Made by a program: the position numbers and the translations under genes. The notes beneath the pieces are model-generated. The model saw only the letters and a program-made list of their open reading frames with translations. It ran no database searches and was not told the DNA's origin. Shown here piece by piece: positions 10,722-20,524 of a stretch of 64,000 nucleotides of DNA (its first letter is position 1; the number at the start of each line of letters is the position of its first letter). Source of the DNA: an uncultured bacterium (GTDB lineage Bacteria > Krumholzibacteriota > Krumholzibacteriia > Krumholzibacteriales > Krumholzibacteriaceae); contig CAWBAN010000001.1 in assembly GCA_963786935.1 (NCBI GenBank), positions 1,024,001-1,088,000 on the forward strand. The letters are read 5' to 3'.

Positions 10722-11141
10722 TTGGTACGGACGCATCGTGCGCGAGAAACGCGGCCTTCTCCCGTTCAGGCGCGGTCGAAGCGTCTCCGCGGGAGGACGC
10801 TTCCCACCCTCGCGGCCGTTCTCGCGACGGCCGCGCTCCTCTTCTGCGCCTGCCAGAGCCCCGATCCCATCGCCAAGGAAAAGGCGCGAACCCTGACTCC
10901 CGATGAGCGTTACCTCGTCGATTATTATATGAAAATAATAGAATTTGAACAGCTGCAACATGACAATCCGGCCTCCCGCGAGGAGAAGCGAAAAGAGCTC
11001 GATGAGAATCTGGACCGGGAACGGATACGGAGAACGCTCGCCGAGCTTGAGAAAAGGCCCGAACGGTGGCTGGCTATCTACAATCGCATAAACGAATTAC
11101 GATATCGCGCCCTCGAGAAAGAGACTACCGGACAAGATTGA
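10722..11141 (+). CDS. Hypothetical lipoprotein
   Basis: AGGAGG SD before TTG 10722; basic N-region, hydrophobic stretch and LFCAC lipobox-like motif, then a charged helical body. TTGACA-17-TACCGT lies upstream (10675-10703). Confidence 0.65.
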   Translation: MVRTHRARETRPSPVQARSKRLRGRTLPTLAAVLATAALLFCACQSPDPIAKEKARTLTPDERYLVDYYMKIIEFEQLQHDNPASREEKRKELDENLDRERIRRTLAELEKRPERWLAIYNRINELRYRALEKETTGQD

Positions 11142-12495
11142 AGATATCGAGCGCGAGAATGCCCGCCATCAGCACGATGAGAACCACGAAGCCCACCTGC
11201 ATGAGAACCGTCTGAACCCGCTTATTCAACTTTCGCCCCGTCACGAGCTCGATCGCGCCGAGAACGAAGTGCCCCCCGTCGAACGGAAGGATGGGCAGCA
11301 GGTTGAATATCGCCAGATTGAGCGAGAAGAACGCGAGGAAGTAAATGAGATGGCCGAATCCCCATCGGACCATGTCGCCCGCCATGACCGCGACGCGCAG
11401 GGGCCCCCCGACCGCCCGAATGGTCGTATGCCGGGTAATGAATTTCCCGAGGAAATCGAGGACCGCTTCGAACGTGTACGCGAAGTACTTCGACCCGTAG
11501 ACGACCGCCGCGGGGAACGAGATCCTCATATTCTCGTAATACGGGCTGACGCCGATCTGCCCCACCTTCACGACGTCGATGCGCTCCCCCTCGGACGCCA
11601 CCTCCCCGGCGACGGGGGTGATCACGGACGTATGCACCTTCCCCCCGTATTCCCAGACGAACTTCATGGGCCGGCCCGCCATCGGCTGAATCCGCTCCTC
11701 GAGCTCCGTGTATTTCGTCACCGTCGTGTCGTTGATCGACAGAATCGTCGCGCCCCTGCGCAGCCCGGCGCGATACGCGGGGCTGTCTTTTTTGACGTCT
11801 CCGATGCGCGGGGTATAGAATTCCTCGATCCCGATCCCTATCCTCCACGCTTTGCTTTCGTCGTCGTAGCGCGGCTTGACGTCGATCGACAGCGTATCCG
11901 GGCCCCGAAGAACGACGAAGCGGCATGGCTCGCCCTTTTTCGCGGCGAGGAGCTTCTCGATTTGCCCCCAATGCTCGAGGCGCTTGCCGTCTATGGAGAA
12001 GATCGTGTCCGCCACCTGCATGCCCGCGCGCTCGGCCGGGCTTTCCTTCTGGACCTGTTGAATCGCGGTGCTCGGATCGATCGGCATCCCCTGGATATAG
12101 AAACTGAAAATGTAGACGGCCAGCGCGAGGATGAAATTCATCGCGGGGCCCGCGAGCACGACCGACATCCTGCCGAGGGGAGGCCTGTTCCGGTACATTC
12201 GCTCGGGAGGAACGTCGGGCTCGCCGGACGGCGCGGCGGCTTCGCCGTCCGCCCCCTTCTTTTCGTCCTCCGTCTCGCTCAGCTCTCCGGCGAATTTCAC
12301 GTACCCGCCGAACGGCAGCGCGCTGATCGCGTACTCCGTTTCGCCGACCTTCTTCCGCAGCAGCTTCGGCCCGAATCCGAACGAGAAGGTAATGACGTAG
12401 ATGCGGTTGAGCTTCGCGACGATGAAATGGCCGAACTCGTGCACGAACACGACGATGCCGAGAACGAACATGAATGCCGCCACGGTGAGTAGCAT
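11125..12495 (-). CDS. rseP: RIP metalloprotease RseP
   Basis: HEFGH, two PDZ domains, NLLPILPFDGG. Confidence 0.95.
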   Translation of the reverse strand: MLLTVAAFMFVLGIVVFVHEFGHFIVAKLNRIYVITFSFGFGPKLLRKKVGETEYAISALPFGGYVKFAGELSETEDEKKGADGEAAAPSGEPDVPPERMYRNRPPLGRMSVVLAGPAMNFILALAVYIFSFYIQGMPIDPSTAIQQVQKESPAERAGMQVADTIFSIDGKRLEHWGQIEKLLAAKKGEPCRFVVLRGPDTLSIDVKPRYDDESKAWRIGIGIEEFYTPRIGDVKKDSPAYRAGLRRGATILSINDTTVTKYTELEERIQPMAGRPMKFVWEYGGKVHTSVITPVAGEVASEGERIDVVKVGQIGVSPYYENMRISFPAAVVYGSKYFAYTFEAVLDFLGKFITRHTTIRAVGGPLRVAVMAGDMVRWGFGHLIYFLAFFSLNLAIFNLLPILPFDGGHFVLGAIELVTGRKLNKRVQTVLMQVGFVVLIVLMAGILALDIFNLVR

Positions 12496-12505
12496 GAATC
12501 CTCCG

Positions 12506-13669
12506 TCACGTGAAGAGCGCTTCGCGGTGCCGCCTCGCGAGGAATTCCCTCGTCCAGCGATCCGCTTCGAATACGTCGTCGAGCGAGCCGATCGGGCGCG
12601 CCGTATGCGCCCCGAGCGTTTCCTCGATCCACGAGGCGATCGTCGGGAAAGCGATCCTGCCCGCGAGAAACGCGCGCACCGCGATTTCGTCCGCCGCGTT
12701 GAGCGCCGCGGGCGCCGTGCCGCCGCGCTCCGCCGCCGCGAGCGCGAGCGAATACGCGGGATATTCCCCGCGCGGGAGCGGAACGAACTCGAGCCGCCCG
12801 AGATCGTCGAGGGTGAGCGCGCGCCACGGGAACTCGCGAACCTCGGGATGATACAGCGCGCTCATGAGGGCGAGCTTCATGTCCGCCGGCCCGAGGTGGG
12901 CGATGAGCGAGCCGTCCCGCAGGCGCACGATCGCGTGCACGAGCGACTGCGGGTGCAGCACGACCCTGATCGCCTCGTACGGGAAATCGAACAGCCATCG
13001 GGCCTCGATCACCTCGAGCCCCTTGTTGAGCAGATTCGCCGAATCGACGGTCACCTTCGGCCCCATCTTCCAGGTCGGATGGTCGAGCACCTGCTCGACG
13101 GTGACACCGGCGAGATCCGCCTGCCGTTTCCCGTAAAAAGGCCCCCCCGACGCGGTCAGGACGATCTCGACCGCGTCGTCCCGGTTCCCGCGGAGGCAGC
13201 GGGAGATCGAAAAGTGCTCGCTGTCGATCGGGATGATCGCGCCGCCTTCGCGCGGAAATCGCCGCGTGATGAGCTCGCCGGCGGTCACGAGCGTCTCTTT
13301 ATTTGCGAGCGCCACGGTGCAGCCGAGCTCGAGGGCGGTCATCGTCGGCTTGAGCCCCGATATTCCGACGAGCGCGTTGATGACGAGGGCGGGGCTCGTT
13401 TCCCTGATGAGCGCATCGATGCCGTCGTCGCCGTAGCCGGCGGCCCGCCCGGCGAGACCGCGTTCCTTCATCGCCGCCCCGGCGGAGGCGCCGTTCCGCG
13501 CGGAAAACCGGGCCCCGGCGAACCGCGCGAGCTGCGCGGCGAGCTCATCGACGTTGTCGCCGGCGGCCAGCCCCGCGACCTCGAACTCGCCGCGCGCGCG
13601 ATCGAGGATCTCGAGGGCCGACCGTCCGATCGAGCCGGTCGATCCGAGTATGACGATGCGCTTCATCAT
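12506..13669 (-). CDS. dxr: 1-deoxy-D-xylulose-5-phosphate reductoisomerase
   Basis: LGSTGSIG, LANKE, PIDSEH, HPTWKMGPKVTVDSA; start trimmed to the ATG overlapping the cdsA stop. Confidence 0.97.
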   Translation of the reverse strand: MMKRIVILGSTGSIGRSALEILDRARGEFEVAGLAAGDNVDELAAQLARFAGARFSARNGASAGAAMKERGLAGRAAGYGDDGIDALIRETSPALVINALVGISGLKPTMTALELGCTVALANKETLVTAGELITRRFPREGGAIIPIDSEHFSISRCLRGNRDDAVEIVLTASGGPFYGKRQADLAGVTVEQVLDHPTWKMGPKVTVDSANLLNKGLEVIEARWLFDFPYEAIRVVLHPQSLVHAIVRLRDGSLIAHLGPADMKLALMSALYHPEVREFPWRALTLDDLGRLEFVPLPRGEYPAYSLALAAAERGGTAPAALNAADEIAVRAFLAGRIAFPTIASWIEETLGAHTARPIGSLDDVFEADRWTREFLARRHREALFT

Positions 13670-14556
13670 GCGAATATCACGTACTTCAAAACGTAATAGA
13701 TCAGGGGCGCGGTGAACAGCAGGGAATCGAACCGGTCGAGCACCCCGCCGTGGCCCGGAATCGTCCGCGAGGAATCCTTGATCTTCACGTCGCGCTTGAT
13801 CATCGATTCGCACAGGTCGCCGAGCTGGCCGACGACCGAGGCGCCGAGCGCGAGGCCGACCGATGCGACGACGGTGAGGTACGGCGCCATGACGGCGCGG
13901 GCGACGAATATCCCGACGAGCGAGCCGAGGACGCCGCCGATCGCCCCTTCGATCGTTTTGCCGGGGGAGATGCTCGGGAACAGCTTGTGCCTGCCGAGGT
14001 AGATGCCGACGAAGTAGGCGCCGGTATCGTAGCACCAGGTCAAGGCGAACGTGACGATGACGAACGAGAAGCCGAGCGAGTAATCGAGCCCCTTGAGATG
14101 GGGAAGCTCCCTGAGCAGGATCAGATGGCTCCCGAGCCATCCGATGTAGAAGACACCGAACAACGTGACGGAGATATGGTAGACGGCGAGCCCCCGCTCC
14201 TTCCGGCCGAGCTCGAGAATCATGATTCCGATGAAGATGACGGTCATGAGGAGATTCGCGTAAACCCCCTGCTGGAAGAACACGTACCAGGAGAGCGCGA
14301 GTCCGCTCAGGATCCCCATCGCGCGGTACGGCTTGAGCCCCTTCGCCTCCATCATCCGGTAGAACTCCCAGAGGCCGATGAGGATCATGATGTTGATGAG
14401 CGCGAGATAGTAGTAGCCGCCCCTCCGGGCGATGACGATGAGGCACGGAATGAAGATGAACGACGCGAGCACGCGCTCCGCGATCGCCCTCCGCCGGCGC
14501 GCCGACGCTTCGGCGGCATCCCGCCCACCTGCTGATCGTTCCTCAACCGGCGTCAT
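13666..14556 (-). CDS. cdsA: Phosphatidate cytidylyltransferase
   Basis: SPGKTIEG, ESMIKR..KDS..IPGHGGVLDRFDS. Confidence 0.95.
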   Translation of the reverse strand: MTPVEERSAGGRDAAEASARRRRAIAERVLASFIFIPCLIVIARRGGYYYLALINIMILIGLWEFYRMMEAKGLKPYRAMGILSGLALSWYVFFQQGVYANLLMTVIFIGIMILELGRKERGLAVYHISVTLFGVFYIGWLGSHLILLRELPHLKGLDYSLGFSFVIVTFALTWCYDTGAYFVGIYLGRHKLFPSISPGKTIEGAIGGVLGSLVGIFVARAVMAPYLTVVASVGLALGASVVGQLGDLCESMIKRDVKIKDSSRTIPGHGGVLDRFDSLLFTAPLIYYVLKYVIFA

Positions 14557-15313
14557 GGTCCGCCCCTTCCTTCAGCGCGCCGAACCGCCGCTCCCGTCCG
14601 AGATACTCGCGGATCGCGGCGACGAAATGCTCCTCCCTGAAATCGGGCCAGAGCGTGTCGGTGACGACGATCTCGGTGTACGCGAGCTGCCAGAGGAGAA
14701 AATTGCTCAGCCGCATCTCGCCGCTCGTCCGGATGAGGAGATCCGGATCGGCGATCCCGGGATCGTACAGGAAGCGCCGGAACGAGGCCTCGTCGAGATC
14801 CTCGGCGGCGAAGCTCCCCTCGCGCACCGCGGCGGCGAACGCGCGCGCCGCGTCGACGATCTCGGCGCGCCCCCCGTAGCTGATGCAGAGGTTCAGGACG
14901 AGCCCCGTGTTCCCCGCGAGCTTCCCGATCGTCTCGTCGAGCGTCGCGCGGGTCTCCCGCGGAAGCATGCCGAGCCTGCCCGTCCCCCGCAGGCGGATGT
15001 TGTTCTCGGCGAGCTCGAGGTACTCCGACCGAAGCACCTCGCCGAGGAACCGCATGAGGCCGTCCACCTCGAGGCGCGGCCGGTTCCAGTTCTCCAGCGA
15101 GAACGTGTAGAGGGAGAGCGCGGAGAGCCCCAGCTTCACCGAGGCCCGGATCGTCGCGCGCACCGATTCGGTTCCGGCGCGGTGGCCGGCGAGCCGGGGG
15201 AGCATCCGCTTCTTCGCCCACCGCCCGTTCCCGTCCATGATGACGGCGACGTGCCGGGGGAGCGCCGGATTCGCCTTCAGCTCCGCTATCGCGCGGTCAA
15301 CGGAATCGCCCAT
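14543..15313 (-). CDS. uppS: Undecaprenyl diphosphate synthase
   Basis: HVAVIMDGNGRWA, FSLENWNRP, IRTSGEMRLSNFLLWQ, RRFG. Confidence 0.97.
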   Translation of the reverse strand: MGDSVDRAIAELKANPALPRHVAVIMDGNGRWAKKRMLPRLAGHRAGTESVRATIRASVKLGLSALSLYTFSLENWNRPRLEVDGLMRFLGEVLRSEYLELAENNIRLRGTGRLGMLPRETRATLDETIGKLAGNTGLVLNLCISYGGRAEIVDAARAFAAAVREGSFAAEDLDEASFRRFLYDPGIADPDLLIRTSGEMRLSNFLLWQLAYTEIVVTDTLWPDFREEHFVAAIREYLGRERRFGALKEGADHDAG

Positions 15314-15345
15314 CGCCTTCTCCCCCGCCTCGCGTCCCCGCGACG

Positions 15346-15906
15346 CTAGACCTCGAGAATTTCCTTTTCCTTCGCGGCGAATATCTTGTCGAGATCGGCG
15401 GTCTTCCGGTCCGTGATGTCCTGGATCTCCTTCTGGCTCCGGTGCAGGTCGTCCTCGGTGATCTTGTGGTCCTTCTCGCTCTTTTTCAGCTTGTCGATCG
15501 CGTCCCGGCGCACGTTCCTGACCGCCACCTTCGCCTCTTCGACGAGGTGCTTCACGCCCTTCACGAGCTCCTTGCGGCGCTCCTCGGTGAGCGGCGGGAG
15601 CGGGATCCTGATGAACGTGCCGTCGCTCTGCGGATTCAGACCGAGATTCGACGTCTGGATGGCCTTGACGATCTCTCCGACGAGCGGCTTCTCCCACGGC
15701 TGCACCGTGATGAGCTTCGGATCGGGAACGACGACGTTCGCGACCTGCTTGAGCGGGACCTTCGATCCGTAGTAGTCGACCTTGACGCTGTCGAGCAGCG
15801 CGGGCGAGGCCTTCCCCGTACGGATCGTCGCGAGCTCCACCTCCATCTTTTCGATCGTCGCTTTCATGTGCTTCTCGGCGGTCTGAATGATCTCCTTCGT
15901 CTCCAT
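15346..15906 (-). CDS. frr: Ribosome recycling factor
   Basis: IRTGKASP, PPLTEERRKEL, AVRNVRRD. Confidence 0.97.
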   Translation of the reverse strand: METKEIIQTAEKHMKATIEKMEVELATIRTGKASPALLDSVKVDYYGSKVPLKQVANVVVPDPKLITVQPWEKPLVGEIVKAIQTSNLGLNPQSDGTFIRIPLPPLTEERRKELVKGVKHLVEEAKVAVRNVRRDAIDKLKKSEKDHKITEDDLHRSQKEIQDITDRKTADLDKIFAAKEKEILEV

Positions 15907-15920
15907 CTGTGCCGACCTCC

Positions 15921-16634
15921 TCACTCGACGATGGTGCCGATGCGTTTTCCCTCGAGAACCCGGGTCAAATTGCCTTTCTTGAGAATATTGAACACCACGA
16001 TCGGAATGCCGTTCTCCCGGCAGAGCGCGACGGCGGTGGCGTCCATGACGCGAAGATCGTCCTTGAGGACGTCGATGTGGCGGAGCCGCGGGCGCATCAC
16101 GGCCTTCGGGTCCGTCACCGGATCGCTCGTATAAACGCCGTCGACCTTCGTCCCCTTGAGCAGCGCGTCCGCCTTGATCTCGACCGCCCGGAGCGCCGCG
16201 GCGGTGTCGGTCGTGAAGTACGGCATCCCCGTGCCGCCGGCGAGGATCACGAGCCGGCCGTTCGAGAGGTGATCGAGCGCGCGGCGCCTGATATAGGGCT
16301 CGGCGAACTGCTCCATCGAGATGGCCGTCATGACGTTCGCCTCGACGCCCGCACGCTCGAGCGCCGCCTGGAGCGCGAGCGCGTTGATGATCGTGCCGAG
16401 CATGCCCATGCAATCCGCCGCGACCCGATCGACGCCCTTCTCGCTCGCCCGGTATCCGCGCAGGATGTTCCCGCCGCCGATGACCACGGCGATCTCGCTC
16501 CCCGCGGCGCGGGCCTGCCGCAGCTCCCCGGCGAACGCGGCGACCTTCTCGAAATCGATGCTCGTGCCGGCGCTGCCGAGCACCTCGCCGCTCACCTTGA
16601 GCAGCAGCCGCTTGAACCTGAGCTTACGTTTCAC
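15921..16634 (-). CDS. pyrH: UMP kinase
   Basis: LLKVSGE, GGGNILRG, YFTTDTAAALRA; GTG start after GGAAGGAG. Confidence 0.97.
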   Translation of the reverse strand: MKRKLRFKRLLLKVSGEVLGSAGTSIDFEKVAAFAGELRQARAAGSEIAVVIGGGNILRGYRASEKGVDRVAADCMGMLGTIINALALQAALERAGVEANVMTAISMEQFAEPYIRRRALDHLSNGRLVILAGGTGMPYFTTDTAAALRAVEIKADALLKGTKVDGVYTSDPVTDPKAVMRPRLRHIDVLKDDLRVMDATAVALCRENGIPIVVFNILKKGNLTRVLEGKRIGTIVE

Positions 16635-16701
16635 GGACAACTCCTTCCCGCGCTCCGCGAGGCGCCCCCCGCGCGCGGCGTCCGGAGCCGGAGCGGGCGG
16701 T

Positions 16702-16734
16702 AAAAGGGCGCAGGAGAGAACCCCCCTGCGCCCC
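16702..16734 (-). terminator. Probable intrinsic terminator after tsf
   Basis: GGGCGCAGG..CCTGCGCCC stem followed by TTTT on the minus strand. Confidence 0.55.
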
Positions 16735-16774
16735 GGTATTCACGGCCGCCGTCCCATTTCGCACATCGGGGATA

Positions 16775-17377
16775 TCAGCTCAAATCCTCCCCCAACTGGA
16801 ACCGGCTGAACCGCCGCACGATGATGTTCTCACCGAGCTTGGCGATCGTGTTCGTCACCAGCTGCCCTGCAGTCTCCTCATCGTTCTTGATGTAGGGCTG
16901 ATCGAGAAGACAGGCCTCATGGTAGAACTTCTCCAGTTTCCCTTCAACTATTTTATCGATCACGTTCGCCGGCTTGCCGCTCGCGGCCGCCTGGTTGTGA
17001 TAGATCTCGCGCTCCCGCTCGATGATCGCCGGCGGCAGATCCTCGCGGCGCACGACGATCGGCGCGGAGGCCGCGATCTGCATCGTGAGCTCCTTGCCGA
17101 GCGTCTGGAAGTCCGCCGTGCGCGCGACGAAATCCGTTTCGCAGTTGATCTCGAGCATGACGCCGATCTTCGATCCCGGATGAATGTACGAGAAGATGAG
17201 CCCTTCCTTGGCTTCCTTGCCGGCGCGCTTCGCCGCCTGCGACAGCCCCTTCTCCCGCAGCACCTTGATCGCCTTGTCGAAGTCGCCGTCGGAATCGATG
17301 AGCGCCCGCTTGCAGTCCATCATGCCCGCGCCCGTCTTCTCGCGCAGCTCCATTACCCGTTTCGGTGATATATCCAT
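16775..17377 (-). CDS. tsf: Elongation factor Ts (short form, about 200 aa)
   Basis: LREKTGAGMMDCK, EINCETDFVA. Confidence 0.97.
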   Translation of the reverse strand: MDISPKRVMELREKTGAGMMDCKRALIDSDGDFDKAIKVLREKGLSQAAKRAGKEAKEGLIFSYIHPGSKIGVMLEINCETDFVARTADFQTLGKELTMQIAASAPIVVRREDLPPAIIEREREIYHNQAAASGKPANVIDKIVEGKLEKFYHEACLLDQPYIKNDEETAGQLVTNTIAKLGENIIVRRFSRFQLGEDLS

Positions 17378-17418
17378 TCCGTACCCTCCGCTGTGCAGTT
17401 CGTTGCTCCGCGGGCGTT

Positions 17419-18261
17419 CTAGCGCCCCGGTCCCTCCTCCTCGATATCCACGTCGGCGCCCGTCTTCTTGCTCGCCGGCCGTTTCGGCTCCTTCGACTCC
17501 GGCGCGTGCTCGGGCCTCTCCGCCTTCTCCGGCCTCTCGGCCTTCCTGCTCTTGTCCTCGAGGAATTCCTTGTTCTTGAGGAACCTGCCCCTGCCCTCGA
17601 TGATGGCGTCGGCGAGCTCTTTCGTGAAGAGCTTGATCGACCTGATCGCGTCGTCGTTCGCCGGGACGGGGAAATCGACCTCGTCCGGATCGGCGTTCGT
17701 ATCGACGAGACCGATGATCGTGAGCCCGAGCTTCCGGGCTTCCTTGACCGCGATCTCTTCCTTCTTCGTGTCGACGACGACGAGGCACGACGGTATGGCG
17801 GTCATTCCCCTGATGCCGGATAGCACCTTGAGGAGCTTCGCCTTCTGCTTGTTGACGCTGAGAATCTCTTTCTTCGACAGCTGGTTGATCCGGCCGTCCT
17901 TTTCCATCGCCTCGAGATTTTCGAGACGCTCCATGCTCTGCTTGATGGTCTTGAAGTTGGTGAGGATGCCGCCGAGCCAGCGTTCGTTGACGTAGTACAT
18001 GCCGGAGCGCGCCGCGTCCTCCTGAATGCTCTCCTTCGCCTGCCGCTTCGTGCCGACGAAGATCGTGGTCTTTCCCTCGGCCGACAGGCTCTCGATCGCC
18101 CGATATGCCCTCTCGAGCTGCTCCATCGTCGAGCGGAGATCGATGATATAGATTCCGTTTTGTTCTTTGTAGATGTAGGGCTTCATCTTCGGATTCCAGC
18201 GCCGTGTCTGGTGCCCGAAATGAGCGCCCGCCTCGAGCATGTCTTTGATGGTGACGTTCAC
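17419..18261 (-). CDS. rpsB: 30S ribosomal protein S2
   Basis: AGAHFGHQTRRWNPKM, RWLGGILTN, PANDDAIRS. Confidence 0.98.
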   Translation of the reverse strand: MNVTIKDMLEAGAHFGHQTRRWNPKMKPYIYKEQNGIYIIDLRSTMEQLERAYRAIESLSAEGKTTIFVGTKRQAKESIQEDAARSGMYYVNERWLGGILTNFKTIKQSMERLENLEAMEKDGRINQLSKKEILSVNKQKAKLLKVLSGIRGMTAIPSCLVVVDTKKEEIAVKEARKLGLTIIGLVDTNADPDEVDFPVPANDDAIRSIKLFTKELADAIIEGRGRFLKNKEFLEDKSRKAERPEKAERPEHAPESKEPKRPASKKTGADVDIEEEGPGR

Positions 18262-18274
18262 CGTGCGGCCTCCT

Positions 18275-18356
18275 TTGGTTGCGCCTCCACCCCTCTCGGG
18301 CGGACCCAATCCCCGCGCTCGGGGACACCGAGGGTCCTTACGAGGGATGTGTGTAA
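18275..18356 (-). ncRNA. rpsB leader (t44/S2-type autoregulatory RNA)
   Basis: Minus strand reads ACACAC..GGUGU..GUGGAGG..AACC, with nested stems GGACCC/GGGUCC and UCCCC/GGGGA, directly 5' of rpsB. Recognised by eye. Confidence 0.7.
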
Positions 18357-18366
18357 TCGAACGAGA

Positions 18367-18759
18367 TTATCTCTTGGAGAACTGGAACTTCCTCCGTGCC
18401 CCCGCCTGCCCGTACTTCTTCCGTTCCTTCTCGCGCGGATCTCTCGTGAGAAAACCCCCGACCTTGAGAACCTTCTTCTGAATCTCGTCGTGCATGATGA
18501 TCGCTCGAGCGATGCCGAGTCGAAGCGCGCCGGCCTGTCCCGCAACTCCTCCCCCTTTCACCGTCGCCATGACGTCGTACTTGCCCAGCGTGCTGGTCAC
18601 CTGGAACGGCTGTCTGACGACCATGGAGAGGCTCTCGCGATGCAGGTACTCGTCGAGATCGCGTCCGTTGACCGTGACGGCCCCGGTCCCGAGGGACAGG
18701 AACACACGGGCGACCGAGGATTTCCTCCTGCCGACTGCGTGGAAAGTCTCCTTTGCCAA
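18367..18759 (-). CDS. rpsI: 30S ribosomal protein S9
   Basis: GRRKSSVARV..ERKKYG..ARRKFQFSKR. Confidence 0.98.
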   Translation of the reverse strand: MAKETFHAVGRRKSSVARVFLSLGTGAVTVNGRDLDEYLHRESLSMVVRQPFQVTSTLGKYDVMATVKGGGVAGQAGALRLGIARAIIMHDEIQKKVLKVGGFLTRDPREKERKKYGQAGARRKFQFSKR

Positions 18760-18815
18760 AGTATCACCTCCTCCCGAGGCTCAACGAACCGAATGCGGGA
18801 CGCGCGATCGCGTCT

Positions 18816-19250
18816 CTAGAGCTCCAGAGCCTGCGGCTTCTGGGCTTCGTGCGGATGCTGCGATCCCGCGTACACCTTGAGCTTCTTGAGCAGCCGTCTT
18901 CCGAGACGGTTATGGGGAAGCATCCCCTTGACCGCGTGCATGATGACGAACTGCGGATTCTTCGCGATCGCGTCCTTGTACGCCGTCATGCGGAGACCGC
19001 CGGGATAGCCCGTGTACCGCCAGTAGGTCTTCATCCCGGGCTTCTTTCCCGAGAGCGCGACGTTCGAGGCGTTCACGATGACGACGAAATCGCCGTGGTC
19101 CATGAAGGGCGCGTAGCCGACCTTCCCCTTGCCCTTGAGAACCTGCGCGACCTTGGAAGCGAGTCTGCCGAGCGGCTTCCCGGTCGCATCGACGACGTAC
19201 CAGTCGCGGCGAACCTCGCTCGCCTTCAAAATGGTTGTTTTCTGATGCAT
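18816..19250 (-). CDS. rplM: 50S ribosomal protein L13
   Basis: WYVVDATGKPLGRLAS, AVKGMLP, HPHEAQKP. Confidence 0.98.
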   Translation of the reverse strand: MHQKTTILKASEVRRDWYVVDATGKPLGRLASKVAQVLKGKGKVGYAPFMDHGDFVVIVNASNVALSGKKPGMKTYWRYTGYPGGLRMTAYKDAIAKNPQFVIMHAVKGMLPHNRLGRRLLKKLKVYAGSQHPHEAQKPQALEL

Positions 19251-19308
19251 CGTTTTCCTCCAAACGGACATATTAATGCTTGCTCGCGATTTGCTCGCGA
19301 AACAACAA

Positions 19309-19337
19309 AATATATACGCGGCAATGAATTATGTCAA
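19309..19337 (-). promoter_or_regulatory. sigma70-type promoter of rplM-rpsI
   Basis: TTGACA-17 bp-TATATT on the minus strand. Confidence 0.75.
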
Positions 19338-19384
19338 GCTCCATTCGGAGCGGCCGCATTCCGATCTCGCCCGCCTCTGCGCGC

Positions 19385-20524
19385 TCATCGGCGGGTTCCG
19401 GCGCCGCCCGGGGGCGAATCTGACATTTTATTTATTTTCAATGCATTAGGGGCTTCTATGACGCCGCACTCGGTAATGATGGCCGCGATGAGTGGCGCCG
19501 GCGTGACGTCGAAGGCCGGATTGTAAGCGACCGTTCCTTCCGGCGCGATTCGTGTTCCCCCGCACGAGACCACCTCGGCGGACGGGCGCTCCTCGATCGG
19601 GATGTCACGGCCGGACGCGGCGCGAAGATCGAAGGTCGACCACGGCGCTGCGACGTAGAGCGGTCTCCTGTACTTCTCGCAGAGCACGGCGAGACCGAGC
19701 GTGCCGATCTTGTTCGCCGTGTCTCCGTTGGCGGCGATCCGGTCGGCGCCGACGATCGCCGCGTCCACCGAACCCTTCGCGAACAGAGACGCCGCTGCTC
19801 CGTCGCAGAGAAGCGTATGGGGGATTCCCCGTTTCCCGAGCTCCCATGCCGTGAGACGCGCGCCCTGCAGGAGGGGACGCGTTTCGTCGACATACACGTG
19901 AAATCGCTTTCCCTCTTCCCATGCCGCATAGAGAACCCCGAGCGCGGTGCCGTACCCGGCGGTCGCGAGACCTCCCGCGTTGCAGTGGGTCAGGACATTC
20001 ATGCCGTCCCGGATGAAAACCGCGCCGTTCCTCCCGATCGAGTATTCGATCTCGAGTTCCTCGGCGTGAATGGCGAACGCTTCGTTCGCGACAGCCTCGC
20101 ACACGGCTGCGGCGTCGTCCCCCGCCCCCGCGGCCGAGCGCGTCATCCGCTCGACGGCCCACGCGAGGTTCACCGCGGTCGGCCTCGTCGCGGCGAGGCA
20201 CTCGCGGGCGGCGGCCAGCGCGGCGCGCAGCTCTCCCGCGTCGAGCCCGGCGACGTCGATGGCCGGCGCTCTTTCCGCCCGGTCGAAGAAGTACCCGCGC
20301 GGCGGCCGCATGCGCCCGGCGAGGTAGCTCTCGAGCGAGATAAGCATTCCGTACGCCGCGGCGATGCCGATCGCCGGGGCGCCCCGGACGCGGAGCGACG
20401 TGATTGCCTGGGCCGTCTCCTCGAGCCCGTCGAGACGGACGATCAGCTCCTCGCGGGGAAGACGCGTCTGATCGATGATCTCGACCGCCCCTCGGCGATA
20501 ATCGACGGTGGGAATGATGGTCAC
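19385..20524 (-). CDS. mtnA: S-methyl-5-thioribose-1-phosphate isomerase
   Basis: VRGAPAIG, RPTAVNL, THCNAG, DETRPLLQGARLT, NKIGT, NPAFDVTP. Confidence 0.95.
   Translation of the reverse strand: MTIIPTVDYRRGAVEIIDQTRLPREELIVRLDGLEETAQAITSLRVRGAPAIGIAAAYGMLISLESYLAGRMRPPRGYFFDRAERAPAIDVAGLDAGELRAALAAARECLAATRPTAVNLAWAVERMTRSAAGAGDDAAAVCEAVANEAFAIHAEELEIEYSIGRNGAVFIRDGMNVLTHCNAGGLATAGYGTALGVLYAAWEEGKRFHVYVDETRPLLQGARLTAWELGKRGIPHTLLCDGAAASLFAKGSVDAAIVGADRIAANGDTANKIGTLGLAVLCEKYRRPLYVAAPWSTFDLRAASGRDIPIEERPSAEVVSCGGTRIAPEGTVAYNPAFDVTPAPLIAAIITECGVIEAPNALKINKMSDSPPGGAGTRR

Noticed and set aside
20230..20335. Extra ~25-30 aa segment in MtnA considered as an intein or mobile insertion
   Set aside because: Far too short and lacks intein terminal motifs; likely a variable loop.
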